From: an uncultured bacterium | Lineage (GTDB): Bacteria; Babelota; Babeliae; Babelales; Babelaceae | Direction: 5' to 3' | Assembly (NCBI GenBank): GCA_963722385.1 | Contig: CAVRKK010000002.1 | Span: 416,001-480,000, forward strand | DNA length: 64,000 bases | Part shown: positions 10,224 through 20,560 of the stretch, in pieces | How the letters are laid out: every line of letters starts with the position of its first letter | How positions within the stretch are numbered: position 1 is the stretch's first letter | Program-made: the position numbers and the translations under genes | Notes under the pieces: model-generated | Seen by the model: the letters and a program-made list of their open reading frames with translations, nothing else | Database searches by the model: none | What the model was told of the DNA's origin: nothing

Positions 10224-10613
10224 ATGATGAAACATACGATAACAATAACCGCCCTGCTTTTAGGAAGCACGTTTCTTTTGAGCATTAAAGAACCAAGAGT
10301 TGAAAAACAAGAACACGTAGCTCAATTGCCTAAAGTAACCGGACTGAAAAATGACGTGGAAGCTTTTTTTCATAATGCTAAAGAGAAATTGCATCATCTC
10401 TTCAAAAAATCTTCAGAGGTACGTACCGATATTTTTAGCAAGTCAACGTTTGAGAAGAAGACTCTTGATCCAGCTATACGCCAAGAGCTTGTGCACGCGA
10501 AGAGTGCTCTTACGGAGCTAAAACGCGATATTGAAACAATAGAGAAAGAGCTTGAACGAGCCGACAGGTCCGGGGATTCATTGGCGAGTCCAATAATCGA
10601 TTTGATCGAATGA
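10224..10613 (+). CDS. Secreted hypothetical coiled-coil protein
   Basis: GGTGAGGA RBS; signal peptide. Confidence 0.75.
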   Translation: MMKHTITITALLLGSTFLLSIKEPRVEKQEHVAQLPKVTGLKNDVEAFFHNAKEKLHHLFKKSSEVRTDIFSKSTFEKKTLDPAIRQELVHAKSALTELKRDIETIEKELERADRSGDSLASPIIDLIE

Positions 10614-10671
10614 AATATTTTTTCTTTCGGCCACAATATGGAAAACCCCAATAACTCGTTCATAAAAACCA

Positions 10672-10695
10672 AGCGGCGCTCTCAGGAGCGCCGCT
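10672..10695. terminator. Hairpin between convergent genes
   Basis: AGCGGCGCTC-TCAG-GAGCGCCGCT, 10-bp stem; T-rich tail on the minus strand. Confidence 0.7.
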
Positions 10696-10706
10696 CATAT
10701 TATTGC

Positions 10707-11949
10707 TTAATTCTTATCAAGATCAGCAAGTTTATGAAAGAGTACCATATCATTGCTTATTGCCCACGTAAGCAATGAAGCCTTTTCTTTGGGAGACAAA
10801 TCATCGAGCTTGTTATCTCGTGCAGCTATAAGCAAGTTCAAGAAGTCTTGCGCGTACGGAGCTGGTAACTGGGTCACATTAATAAGCGCCGTAGTGGTAA
10901 CGTCTGCTCCTTTTTGCAAAAGCTCGATCAAAAGTTGCTTTGCGTCTTCAGGATAAAGACGATGCAGCTCGCTTAAAGCCACGCCCGTAGCCGGCGCTCC
11001 AGCTTTAAGTAACATCAAAGGCACGCCGCTCAAATTTCTCCGTATAGCTTCAGCAACAATATCATCATAGTGATATGCCTTAAGTGCAGCACCCTTACCA
11101 ATCAAAAAGTTAATAACATCAATACGTTCTGCCATAATCGCTCGCTCTATTGCATGGCTAGGGATCGCTTCTTGTGGTACATTACTCAAAAGCTCAAAAT
11201 CAAATATACCATCCGCCATCTGTTTGGCTATTACGGTATGTAACGTATTTACCTCGGGCAAATGATCACCAGCTTTAAGAAAAATAGCCATATCGTCAGA
11301 TTTATAGTGCCGTTGTAGCATAAAGTCGAGCGCTTGGTCTCGATTAAAGCCTGTTAGAGCAAAAAGCTTACTCAAAAAATCCCGGCCACATTTCCGATGC
11401 AAATCAAGAACTTGCTTAAGCCCATCATGACTGCATCCTAAAAGCGGGCGAACCACTTCTTCGACACGAGCCAGCGCAGCATCGCACCCTTGCGTGTTTA
11501 ACGTTTCATAAAATGATTTTCTTTCTCTCGTTTTAATTTCTTCATCGGTGAGCGTAACGCCAGCTGATTTAAGCGCATTAATTATCAATTGGTCACCACC
11601 TCGCTCGGCTAATTGGAGCAGGCTTTGTGCTTCGGGGCGCCAGCAAAAGTCTTCTTCACACACAAGCGGACAATAAAGAAATTTTAACGCATTTTTACTT
11701 AAGGCCCTTATATACAAAAGTGCTAGATGCTGTTGCTCAAAAACTATAGCAGTACCTAGTTTTTCAACTGCTTGGGCCCCTAAAAGGGGATCCGTTATCC
11801 GAGCACCTTGTTCAATAAATTTTTCTGCAATGGAATAATTTTGCGACCTTATTGCCTCAAAAAGTGCAATACTAAGCGGGTCACTATTTTGAGCAGCATG
11901 GCAGTGCAAGCCCAAAGGCTAACAACATAAACCACGATAGTAGCTTCAT
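10707..11949 (-). CDS. Degenerate ankyrin-repeat protein; signal peptide frameshifted
   Basis: ALFEAI...FIEQGA, FLIGKGA, LLKAGA, LLQKGAD. ATG at 11949 (MKLLSWFMLLA) is one base out of frame with 10707-11915. Confidence 0.7.
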
Positions 11950-12177
11950 AAAAAACCCTTTCTTATTAATGCTAAGAATGTGAGCTGCTCAAGTTTGAAG
12001 AGTTTGAGCTTCCTCCATTGAGTGTTCATAATATCTCCGCAAGCGTCGACTTTCTCTGGCTCCCAGGGCAGTGCTTGTTATTTTAGCATCATTTGAGTCA
12101 AATACAAGAGCATCTTAAGACGCTCTTGCTAAGTTGTAAGCTCGTAAAACCTAGCTCTAAAAACGTTTATGTAGTTT

Positions 12178-12888
12178 CTAGGTATCGGTACTTTTTTGTA
12201 TATTTGGTGCAAGTCGCTTAAGAGCGACAACTGATGCTAGCTTCATGGTAGCTTGTCGGCGTTGGCTATATGTTTCAGTTTGGTTAATAAGCTCAGCAAG
12301 TTGCAAAAAGGTAGCATTCGAGTCTATAAGCATATACCCATCTGCGTTTCCTAGTGCTTCAAATCCACTTATTGCCCAAAGTGAACTATCATCAGCATAT
12401 CTAACAAAAAAGGTCTGGAGATAAACTTCGGGAGCATAAGGTCTGTCTACTTGTTGCAAGGTAAACGCTATAGCAATAAATGGCCTTCCAGTGTCATCGT
12501 ATCCCCAAATATAAGGACTTTGTGCTTGGAGAAAGTGTTCAACTTTAATCTCCCTCATATAATTACCAAGGCCAAGTGTAAGCCCAACTGTTGGTATAAG
12601 TTCACGCCAGGAAAGAGAAGAGTTTTGTGCCAGTGCTTGGTTGAGAAAGGAAAGAGGCCTTCCTGCCTCTTCTTCTTTTTGTTGTATCTCCAGGGATTTT
12701 TCCTGAGCTGATTTTTCGCAAGAGACCAAAGCGGTTTGATTGGTTTGCAATGAGATTAGGCGAGCATTTAAGGGTTGAAGTCTAACTAGAGATTGGTCGG
12801 CGAATAGCTCAGTGGGATCTTCCATGGTTTGAGCTTGAAAAGCGTAAACAAAAAAGGGGAGATAAAAACTTAACTTTTTTGTAATCAT
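12178..12888 (-). CDS. Secreted hypothetical protein
   Basis: Signal peptide ending AQT followed by MEDP. Confidence 0.75.
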   Translation of the reverse strand: MITKKLSFYLPFFVYAFQAQTMEDPTELFADQSLVRLQPLNARLISLQTNQTALVSCEKSAQEKSLEIQQKEEEAGRPLSFLNQALAQNSSLSWRELIPTVGLTLGLGNYMREIKVEHFLQAQSPYIWGYDDTGRPFIAIAFTLQQVDRPYAPEVYLQTFFVRYADDSSLWAISGFEALGNADGYMLIDSNATFLQLAELINQTETYSQRRQATMKLASVVALKRLAPNIQKSTDT

Positions 12889-13021
12889 AAGAGCTCCGAA
12901 ATACCTATTGACTTAATACACCAAATTAAAAGCTATCTCTGGATAATCGTAATAGCCTTTATGATCTATATCGATCTTTCTTCTATTTTAACAGAACGCT
13001 TAAAGTTTTCAAGATTATAAT

Positions 13022-13110
13022 GTAATTTCAAAACTTGAAAATACCCTCTCAATACGTTTAAGCTAAAATCAAAACGATTTCTTTATTCCTGAACATATCG
13101 ATCAATGTCA
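13022..13110 (+). repeat. Imperfect ~90-bp direct repeat, copy 1
   Basis: Shares TTAAGCTAAAATCAAA and TCCTGAACATA.CGATCAATGTCA with 15721-15811. Confidence 0.75.
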
Positions 13111-13312
13111 TTATACAAGATTGATTAGAAAATTAGCCAATTTAAATTCCCGTATTGTCGTCTAGCAAGCTCGAAAAGACGACTCCATTCAGAAATTTTA
13201 GGCTCGGTCTATTTCTTTTCATATTTTTTTAGAAAGCCTAAGATTTTTGATATGACTGTAGAGGATGTTTTCACCAAATCAGATTAAAAGCACAAGGTTT
13301 TTAGGTTTCTAT

Positions 13313-13753
13313 CTATTTGCGTCTAGCTATTTTAGGTGCTATTGTTGATATTTCTTCTATTTCTCTCTTATATGTCTTAGTTTTTTCTTTTGCTTTAGTA
13401 GCCTTTGTTGACCGTTGAGCTAAATTAGATGTTTTAGGTTTTGCGGCTTCTACAATGGTTAATCTTTCCTCACCCTTTTCGGCAAATATTGAGTAGCCAA
13501 GGCTTTTAAAAATCTTAAACAAGCTTTTAACTCCTGAGTCTGATATACCAGACCGAAGATTTTGTACCGTTGTGGGTGAAATGCCAGCTGTTTTTGCAAG
13601 CTCTCTTACGGATACATCATCATTTTCCATAGCTGCAATAATCATTTCTGACACGAGAAAATCTTTGTAACTTTCTTCATGCTTATTTCGTTCTTTGGGA
13701 GTTAAAGATTCAAGAAAATAATCAACGGTACCCTTATTTTCGTTCCTATTCAT
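13313..13753 (-). CDS. XRE-type HTH antitoxin
   Basis: SVRELAKTAGISPTTVQNLRSG helix-turn-helix; overlaps the toxin stop. Confidence 0.85.
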   Translation of the reverse strand: MNRNENKGTVDYFLESLTPKERNKHEESYKDFLVSEMIIAAMENDDVSVRELAKTAGISPTTVQNLRSGISDSGVKSLFKIFKSLGYSIFAEKGEERLTIVEAAKPKTSNLAQRSTKATKAKEKTKTYKREIEEISTIAPKIARRK

Positions 13754-14129
13754 AGTATCCTCCTAAATTTACCCTTTTTTTATAATCTTCTCTGCGAAAT
13801 AGCGATTTGCTTTTCTCTCCATGAGGCATCTTATTGCTTGCCTTTTGGTATGCATTAGTTACGATTACCTTTGCGCCTTCGAAAAAAAAACAGAGAAATC
13901 TATCATAGTGAGTTTTAAAAGCATATATACCATCACCTTCATGGATAAATTTTTCTTTATTTTTTATCTCTCCTATATCTGCCATATATCTAAAAAGCCT
14001 AATTAGCTTTTCTTGTCTGTCCCCATCAAGCTTATCCCAATATTCTTTGGCTGGCATCTTTTCTTGATTATCGAAGTACCACTCAATGGTTTTTTTGCTG
14101 CCCTTTAAAACGAGATATTTTTTATCCAC
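13746..14129 (-). CDS. RelE/ParE-family (Gp49-like) toxin
   Basis: KFIHEGDGIYAFK...RFLCFF...IVTNAYQK; upstream of the HTH gene (HigBA order). Confidence 0.85.
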   Translation of the reverse strand: MDKKYLVLKGSKKTIEWYFDNQEKMPAKEYWDKLDGDRQEKLIRLFRYMADIGEIKNKEKFIHEGDGIYAFKTHYDRFLCFFFEGAKVIVTNAYQKASNKMPHGEKSKSLFRREDYKKRVNLGGYYE

Positions 14130-14427
14130 TACTACCCTGCCATATAATGGTTCATATAAAAGAGTGTAACATAAATCTTGTACAATATCAAAGAATCAGC
14201 ACCTTTGCAATAGCTCTGCTTCTCCTAAAATTGAATGATGGCCTTCGAGAGTTCTTCAATCTTGTGAGAAACTTGGCATAGCTGTATCAGTTTTAAAGGT
14301 TGCTTATATTTATTTGCCATAGGAAATTGGAATATAAATATTGCCAATTAAAGTTTAAATATGCTACGATAATATTGGAATTCTTAGATAGCTTTAATTT
14401 TGTAAAGTAGGACTCTCCTATATTATC

Positions 14428-15613
14428 ATGCTTTCGATGAAAAGATTAGTATACGTTTTCGTTACCGCAAATATTGTTTTTCTATCCTCAGTTTTTACCA
14501 TAGGCAAGCTGCCTTCTCCAACAGGAAGGTCCGAGGTTGGGACAATGCTTTATTATTTTACTGACAAAAGTAGGCATGAGCCCCATCTCGAAGGGGTTAA
14601 CGATAATAGAGAATTAATTGTTCAGGTGTGGTATCCAGCTGAACCAAAGTCACTTGCAACAAAGGCCTGGTATATAAACCCGCTAAGTATTGCAACCGTA
14701 AAAGAGGATTTAAAAGAAAATTTTAAAGTAACGCTTAACGAGCTTTCCTCCCTTGACCAGATACAAACACATGCTTATAGGAACGTCAAAGTTTCAAAAG
14801 CATGCTCTACCTATCCGGTTATTCTCTTTTCGCCAGGCTTTGGATCTCCTATAAATTTTTATACGAGCTTATTGGAGGAATTGGCAAGCCACGGATATAT
14901 TGTGGTTGCCATTGCCTATCCTTACATTACTAGTGCAGTTGTTTTGCCTAACGGTAAAAAAATGACTTCAATGAGCCTTAAGAGCTTGCAAGAATTGTGA
15001 CAATTAAAAAGCGAAGAGGAAGCAGCTATCTATGAGCAAGAGATATAGATCGACGATATAAAATTTATTGTAAAGGAGCTTGAGCAAATCAACAGCAATG
15101 ATCCTCAAGACATTTTAACAAATAAGCTAGATTTGCAACATTTAGGATTATTTGGACATTCTTTTGGCGATGGTACCTCTATAAGCGCATACATTAGGGT
15201 CATGCAAGGCAGTGGCCGACCTTGATGGCAAACCGCAAGGATTGGCCGCACAAACTGGATTTGCAATACCAGCTCTTTTTGTAACGAGCTCATTACAAAA
15301 AAAGGAAAAAGAGGAGCGTATGCGCCAGCTCTGGCGCGCTATGACGGGTCCTTCTTATTACGCTGTTATTAAAGATGCATTGCATGGATCGTTTACCGAC
15401 CTTTTTCTTTTTGTTCCGTGGAAAGGCGAGCAACTGCTTAAACTTGAGCCAAACCGTGGGATTGAGATAACTCGAGCATTGTTGGTTTACTTTTTCGATA
15501 AATACCTTAAAGATCAAGATGGTCGTTTGGAGCAGATAAGCAAAGAGTTTCCAGAAGTTAGCTTGCAGATAAACAATGCCATAGATCTTTCTCCAAAAGA
15601 AATAATTCTTTGA
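14428..15613 (+). pseudogene. PAF-acetylhydrolase-like alpha/beta hydrolase, disrupted
   Basis: RELIVQVWYP, YPVILFSPG, LASHGYIV, GLFGHSFG and HGSFTD motifs; in-frame stops near 15000 and 15047, plus a frameshift near 15200. Confidence 0.85.
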
Positions 15614-15720
15614 AATCGTATAGTGCATTATACAACAAGTCGTGCTTTTAAGACTGAGATATAAAAGATAGATAATCTTTACCTCGACAAACTCAATTGG
15701 CTATTGGCTAATTAATGCAG

Positions 15721-15811
15721 GTAATTCCAAATGCTGAAAACATCCTCTGAATGCTGCTTAAGCTAAAATCAAACATGATTTCTCGGCTCCTGAACATAGC
15801 GATCAATGTCA
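15721..15811 (+). repeat. Imperfect ~90-bp direct repeat, copy 2
   Basis: Matches 13022-13110. Confidence 0.75.
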
Positions 15812-15997
15812 GCCTTAAAAGCGCTGGGTTGATACATTGCACTATTTTACGAGCTTTCCTATAACCCAAGTATAATTAAGCGCAATCGAAACAAAAAATA
15901 TTTGTAATTTTCAGAAGATTAATCCCAGCAGCGTGCAGTTATACCCGAGACATGCTAAGCTTAAAAAAATCTTTGCGAAACTGTTCGTGGGGCGAGG

Positions 15998-17170
15998 ATG
16001 CCAGATAAAAAGCTTACCATCTGCATGGTTACCAACAACTATATTCCTTATTCAGGAGGGGTCGTAAGTTCTATTCAAGCACTCACCCATGAGCTGCGCT
16101 TGCAAGGCCACCGTGTTGTTATCGTAACACTTGACTTCAACCAAGAACACCATACCGAGCTTGACGTTGAACGCCTTGCCTGTATCGGGCACTTCCATTA
16201 TAAAAAAAATCCCCTTGCACTCCCGGTCTACGCTAAGTATCAAGTAAAAAGGCTCATGGAGCGCTATCGCCCAGACATCGTTCATGTTCACCATCCCTTT
16301 CTCTTAGGGCCGGTGGCCGCTGATGTTGCGCAAGCGCATAACATTCCCGTTATTTTTACGCACCATTCTCTCTATGAGCACTATGCCCATTATGTTCCTT
16401 TGCCTCCTTGGATTGTTCGCCCCCTCGCACGCAGAATGGTGCGAAATTTTTGCCAAACCGTCGACCATGTTATCGTGCCGAGTGATTCAATACGCCGCCA
16501 TTTAGCAATGCAGAACATCTCATGTTCACCCAGTGTTATTGCAAGTGGCATATTACCCATGTTTGTGTCGGAAAATTTTCATCCCAAAGCATGCTTAAAG
16601 GGAAGGCCTGTGAGCCTTTTAAGTGTTTCTCGCTTTGCGCCAGAAAAAAATATTGAATGGCTCCTGGCGATGTTTGCCCAACTGCAAAGTATCAATCCTG
16701 GAGTGGCAATACTCAAGCTTCTCGGCTATGGCAACTGGCTCAGTTGCCTCCAGGAGCTGGCTTATGAAAAGCTGCGCCTACCAAAAGATGCGGTCATCTT
16801 TATCGAAAAGCCAGACAAAAAAGACCTTGTGCAAGCATATCGCCAAGCTGACCTTTTTGTATTTGCCTCACAATCCGAAACTCAGGGACTCGTGATAGCT
16901 GAAGCATTTTCCCAAGGCACCCCCACTATCGCCCTGCGTGGACCAGGAATTGTCGATAGCATACATAACGGCATCAATGGCTTTGTCGTTGATTCAGCAG
17001 GCGAAATGATCGAAAAAATCGAGCAGATTCTTGCTCATGAAAATTTATTCGAGACTTTTCAGAAAAGCGCCTTTGAAAGCGCCCGCTCTTACTTTCCTGA
17101 CTTTACGGCAAACCAGGTCTACGAGGTCTATCAGCAGCAGCTTGAGATCCAAAACCAAAGCCGTGAGTAA
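15998..17170 (+). CDS. Glycosyltransferase family 4 (diacylglycerol glucosyltransferase-like)
   Basis: GGVVSS, HVHHPF, SRFAPEKN, SQSETQGLVIAEA. Confidence 0.9.
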   Translation: MPDKKLTICMVTNNYIPYSGGVVSSIQALTHELRLQGHRVVIVTLDFNQEHHTELDVERLACIGHFHYKKNPLALPVYAKYQVKRLMERYRPDIVHVHHPFLLGPVAADVAQAHNIPVIFTHHSLYEHYAHYVPLPPWIVRPLARRMVRNFCQTVDHVIVPSDSIRRHLAMQNISCSPSVIASGILPMFVSENFHPKACLKGRPVSLLSVSRFAPEKNIEWLLAMFAQLQSINPGVAILKLLGYGNWLSCLQELAYEKLRLPKDAVIFIEKPDKKDLVQAYRQADLFVFASQSETQGLVIAEAFSQGTPTIALRGPGIVDSIHNGINGFVVDSAGEMIEKIEQILAHENLFETFQKSAFESARSYFPDFTANQVYEVYQQQLEIQNQSRE

Positions 17171-17265
17171 GGGTTGCCATTTTTATCATTAATGATACAA
17201 TTAGAAATATAATATTTGCATTTCGCGCGAATTTAACAAAATAAATTATAAAAGGGATAAGTAAT

Positions 17266-19974
17266 ATGCGTTTATCAACTTCTCTATTTTTGGCCTCTCT
17301 GGCTTGTATGATAGGTGCCGCCCTTGGTGCGACGAACAAAGAACCGATCAATCCCGTTTTTAAAACAGTTCTCAATAACGGCCTCACGATTTTGCTGCGC
17401 AAAACGGATACACCACAAAATATTGCCATTCAGCTCTGGTATGGTGTTGGTTCTAAGCATGAGGGTCCGGGACAAAAGGGTATAGCTCATCTTATCGAAC
17501 ATATGCTCTTCAAAGGAACCGAAAAGCTTTCTGAGACGGATATTAAGCTTATTGGTCAAAAATTTTCTGCCTCCTGGAACGCTTCAACAAGCTATGACTA
17601 CACCAACATGGTATTTGAATTTCCTATTGACTCCTGGCAAACAGCTTTTCCCATTTTAGCAGACTGCATGCGCCATTGTTCGTTCAAGCAAGAGCTTTTA
17701 AACAGCGAGCTTAAGGTCGTTATACAAGAACTCAAAATGGGCCGTGATAACCATATAATGCAATTATTTGAGAGTCTCTTGTCCGCCATCTATCCTGGCC
17801 ACCCATACCATTATCCGGTCATCGGTTACAAGCATGACCTCTATAACGTAAGTGCTCAGACGCTTAAATCATTTTATCGCAAACATTATGTGCCAAACAA
17901 CGCAACGTTGGTCGTGGTTGGCAATGTGCTTCCTTCCGAGGTCGTTCGCTTGGCTGAGGAGCATTTTGGCCATATCCCCGCTGACCCCAAATACAAGTCT
18001 GCTGAATTTCCTCTCAGCCGTGACCTCAAATCGCAAGCAGTCACTCTCTACCGCGATATTCAGAACTCAGTTGCCCTTGTCGCTTTCGCTATTCCCGGCA
18101 CTAAGCACAAAAACCATTTTACTCTTAAGCTCCTTGACGAGCTCCTGACCGAAGGCAGAACATCTCGATTGCGCCTCAAGCTTGTTGAATCAGGCCTCGC
18201 TAATACCGTTAAAGCTATGCATGTTGATCTCGTTGAACAGGATATGTATATAATTACCTTTAGCCCAATAAGCCGCGAAAAAATTAAGCAATGTGCCACC
18301 ATTATTCAACATGAGCTCGATTCTATAGCGACGAATGGCTTTGAGCGAAAAGAGCTTGAGCGCGCGGCAAAGCGATGCAACGTTCAGTTCTATACTATGC
18401 TTGAAGATAATAGCTGGCAAGCAGACTTCATAGGTCAGACGTACCTTGCCACCCGCGATGAACATTATATCGACACTATGATGCACCATGATCTTACACG
18501 GGCCAACAACGACATTAAACAGCTCGTGGCCACTTATTTCCGTCCCATTATGAGACATGGCGGTGGTGTGTTGCCGCTTCCCGAAAAAGAAAAAGCAGCA
18601 TGGCAAGCTTTACAGCTGGAATCAGATACCCAAGACACGCTTATCCTAAATGGTAAAACGCGAGAATGCCCTGTCGAGAATGGTCGTTACGTACATACGA
18701 TTCAGCGGCCGGATCGCAAGCCCCAGACTTATGTGCAACCCCAATCGCTCATCTTAAAAAATGGCTTACGGGTCCTGTATCACCATAAACCAAACAGCCC
18801 CTTAGTTCGCTTCGCTCTCAAGCTTAAAGCAGACCAAGACTATGAACCAGCAGACAAGCCGGGGATTTTTACCTGCCTTGCTGATATGCTCCAAGAAAGC
18901 AATACAAAGCGTCAAAAAGCATACGCAAGCGCACAAGCTTTTGATGACATAGCCGCTCGCGTACAATACAACTTTGAGACGGGCAAAATATCGGCAACCG
19001 TGCTCAGCAGCGATCTGCCAACATTGCTCACGCTGCTTTATGAAAAAATAGCCGAGCCGGTCTTCATCAAAGACACGTTAACCAAGGTTAAGTCATGGAT
19101 GCTTGCACGCTATAAAAATACTTGGGACACTCCCGCCTTAATTAGCCGGATGCTTCTTAGACAAGCAGTTTTTAAAGGGCATCCTAAAGGTAATAACCAT
19201 GTTGCCGGACCAACAGACATTGAAAAAATCGCCCTGGCTGATATTACGAGTGCTTATCAACAAATCGTCTCGCCTGATGGCGCAACGTTAATTCTTGTGG
19301 GCGACCTCGGCCACCGTGACCTCCGTGACTTATTGGAACCCACCTTTGGCTTGTGGACTGGCAAGCCAGTACCCGCACTGGAGAGCAGCACCAGCAAGAA
19401 CGTCCAGCCAAAAACTATCACGCACCTGCTCAATCGTGACCAAATAGCTATAAGCCTCGGAACTGCTTCAGTAAGTCTTGACCACCAAGACTTTGACGCA
19501 CTAAGCCTTTATGAATCACTGTTAAAAGACCGCTTATTTTGCCTACGTGAGCACACCGGTGCCTTTTACGGAATTTCTGGCCACCTGCTTCATCAAGCAG
19601 GGCATCAACCTGGCATGGCATCAATAACAACGCTCGTTTCGCCTGATCGGCTTGACGAAGTGCTAAAGCTTCTCCGCGAATTTATTGATAAAGATATCGA
19701 TACGTTGACCGAGCAAGAACTTGAGCTTGCCCGTAATATCCTCGTTGAACAGACTGACCAGCGTTATGCAGATAGCAGCTCTCTGCTTGACACGTTTACT
19801 TTTTTAGCGCAGCATAATTTGCCTTTTGATTACTTCCAGAAACGCCTTGAAAGACTCAAGAGCATTACGCTGCCTACGGTCAAGCAGCTCGTGAAGAAGG
19901 TATTTGCTGCATCATCGATGTATACGGTGCTTGTCGGACGCGTAGAGGCAAAAAGCCCCCCAAGCACCGTATAA
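17266..19974 (+). CDS. M16-family zinc peptidase (two-module, exported)
   Basis: Inverted zincin motif HLIEH, NASTS, YVPNNA; duplicated L.NGL module; signal peptide. Confidence 0.92.
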   Translation: MRLSTSLFLASLACMIGAALGATNKEPINPVFKTVLNNGLTILLRKTDTPQNIAIQLWYGVGSKHEGPGQKGIAHLIEHMLFKGTEKLSETDIKLIGQKFSASWNASTSYDYTNMVFEFPIDSWQTAFPILADCMRHCSFKQELLNSELKVVIQELKMGRDNHIMQLFESLLSAIYPGHPYHYPVIGYKHDLYNVSAQTLKSFYRKHYVPNNATLVVVGNVLPSEVVRLAEEHFGHIPADPKYKSAEFPLSRDLKSQAVTLYRDIQNSVALVAFAIPGTKHKNHFTLKLLDELLTEGRTSRLRLKLVESGLANTVKAMHVDLVEQDMYIITFSPISREKIKQCATIIQHELDSIATNGFERKELERAAKRCNVQFYTMLEDNSWQADFIGQTYLATRDEHYIDTMMHHDLTRANNDIKQLVATYFRPIMRHGGGVLPLPEKEKAAWQALQLESDTQDTLILNGKTRECPVENGRYVHTIQRPDRKPQTYVQPQSLILKNGLRVLYHHKPNSPLVRFALKLKADQDYEPADKPGIFTCLADMLQESNTKRQKAYASAQAFDDIAARVQYNFETGKISATVLSSDLPTLLTLLYEKIAEPVFIKDTLTKVKSWMLARYKNTWDTPALISRMLLRQAVFKGHPKGNNHVAGPTDIEKIALADITSAYQQIVSPDGATLILVGDLGHRDLRDLLEPTFGLWTGKPVPALESSTSKNVQPKTITHLLNRDQIAISLGTASVSLDHQDFDALSLYESLLKDRLFCLREHTGAFYGISGHLLHQAGHQPGMASITTLVSPDRLDEVLKLLREFIDKDIDTLTEQELELARNILVEQTDQRYADSSSLLDTFTFLAQHNLPFDYFQKRLERLKSITLPTVKQLVKKVFAASSMYTVLVGRVEAKSPPSTV

Positions 19975-19991
19975 GCTCTTTTAGAACTTTT

Positions 19992-20414
19992 TTAAGGGTA
20001 TATTTCGCCTTCATCGACGTACCACTCTTCGTCCGAGAACGAGCTGTGATCATGAGAATCAGTAAACTTTACCGCAAATTCAAATTGGGTATCATCATTG
20101 ACAGCCCAGGAATCGGTGAATTTCAATTCTAATTCGATAGCCTCGAGCGCTAGTTCGAGCTTGGCCTTGTAGACACGCAAGCATGATTGACATGATAGCT
20201 GATCATGCTTATCATAAATTTCACAGCTCGCATACTTCACCGTTTTGCCATGGGGAAGTTCTTCTTCAATGGTTTTGCATCGAGCATCGTCGGCACAGTT
20301 TTTGACACAGCGAATATAATCCTTCCGTGCACTTTCAGGGCTCTGGTAAGAGGAGATGCGCGCAACTGGCACCATGAGTAATCCTAGACCAAGTATATTA
20401 AGCATTCGCTTCAT
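19992..20414 (-). CDS. Small Cys-rich secreted hypothetical protein
   Basis: Likely start MKRMLN at 20414; six Cys; repeated KFTDS motif; acidic tail. Confidence 0.6.
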   Translation of the reverse strand: MKRMLNILGLGLLMVPVARISSYQSPESARKDYIRCVKNCADDARCKTIEEELPHGKTVKYASCEIYDKHDQLSCQSCLRVYKAKLELALEAIELELKFTDSWAVNDDTQFEFAVKFTDSHDHSSFSDEEWYVDEGEIYP

Positions 20415-20560
20415 GGGAAAACCCCCGCAGGTAAAGAGTTTATAGAAAATTTGTAGCCCCATCGTAACATAAAAAAAAGCGCTTAACAATGGCTATTTTG
20501 ACCAATAAATCTGCCTTTGCTAAACTATCATTAACAATAGTTGTATCATAGAAAGTATTC

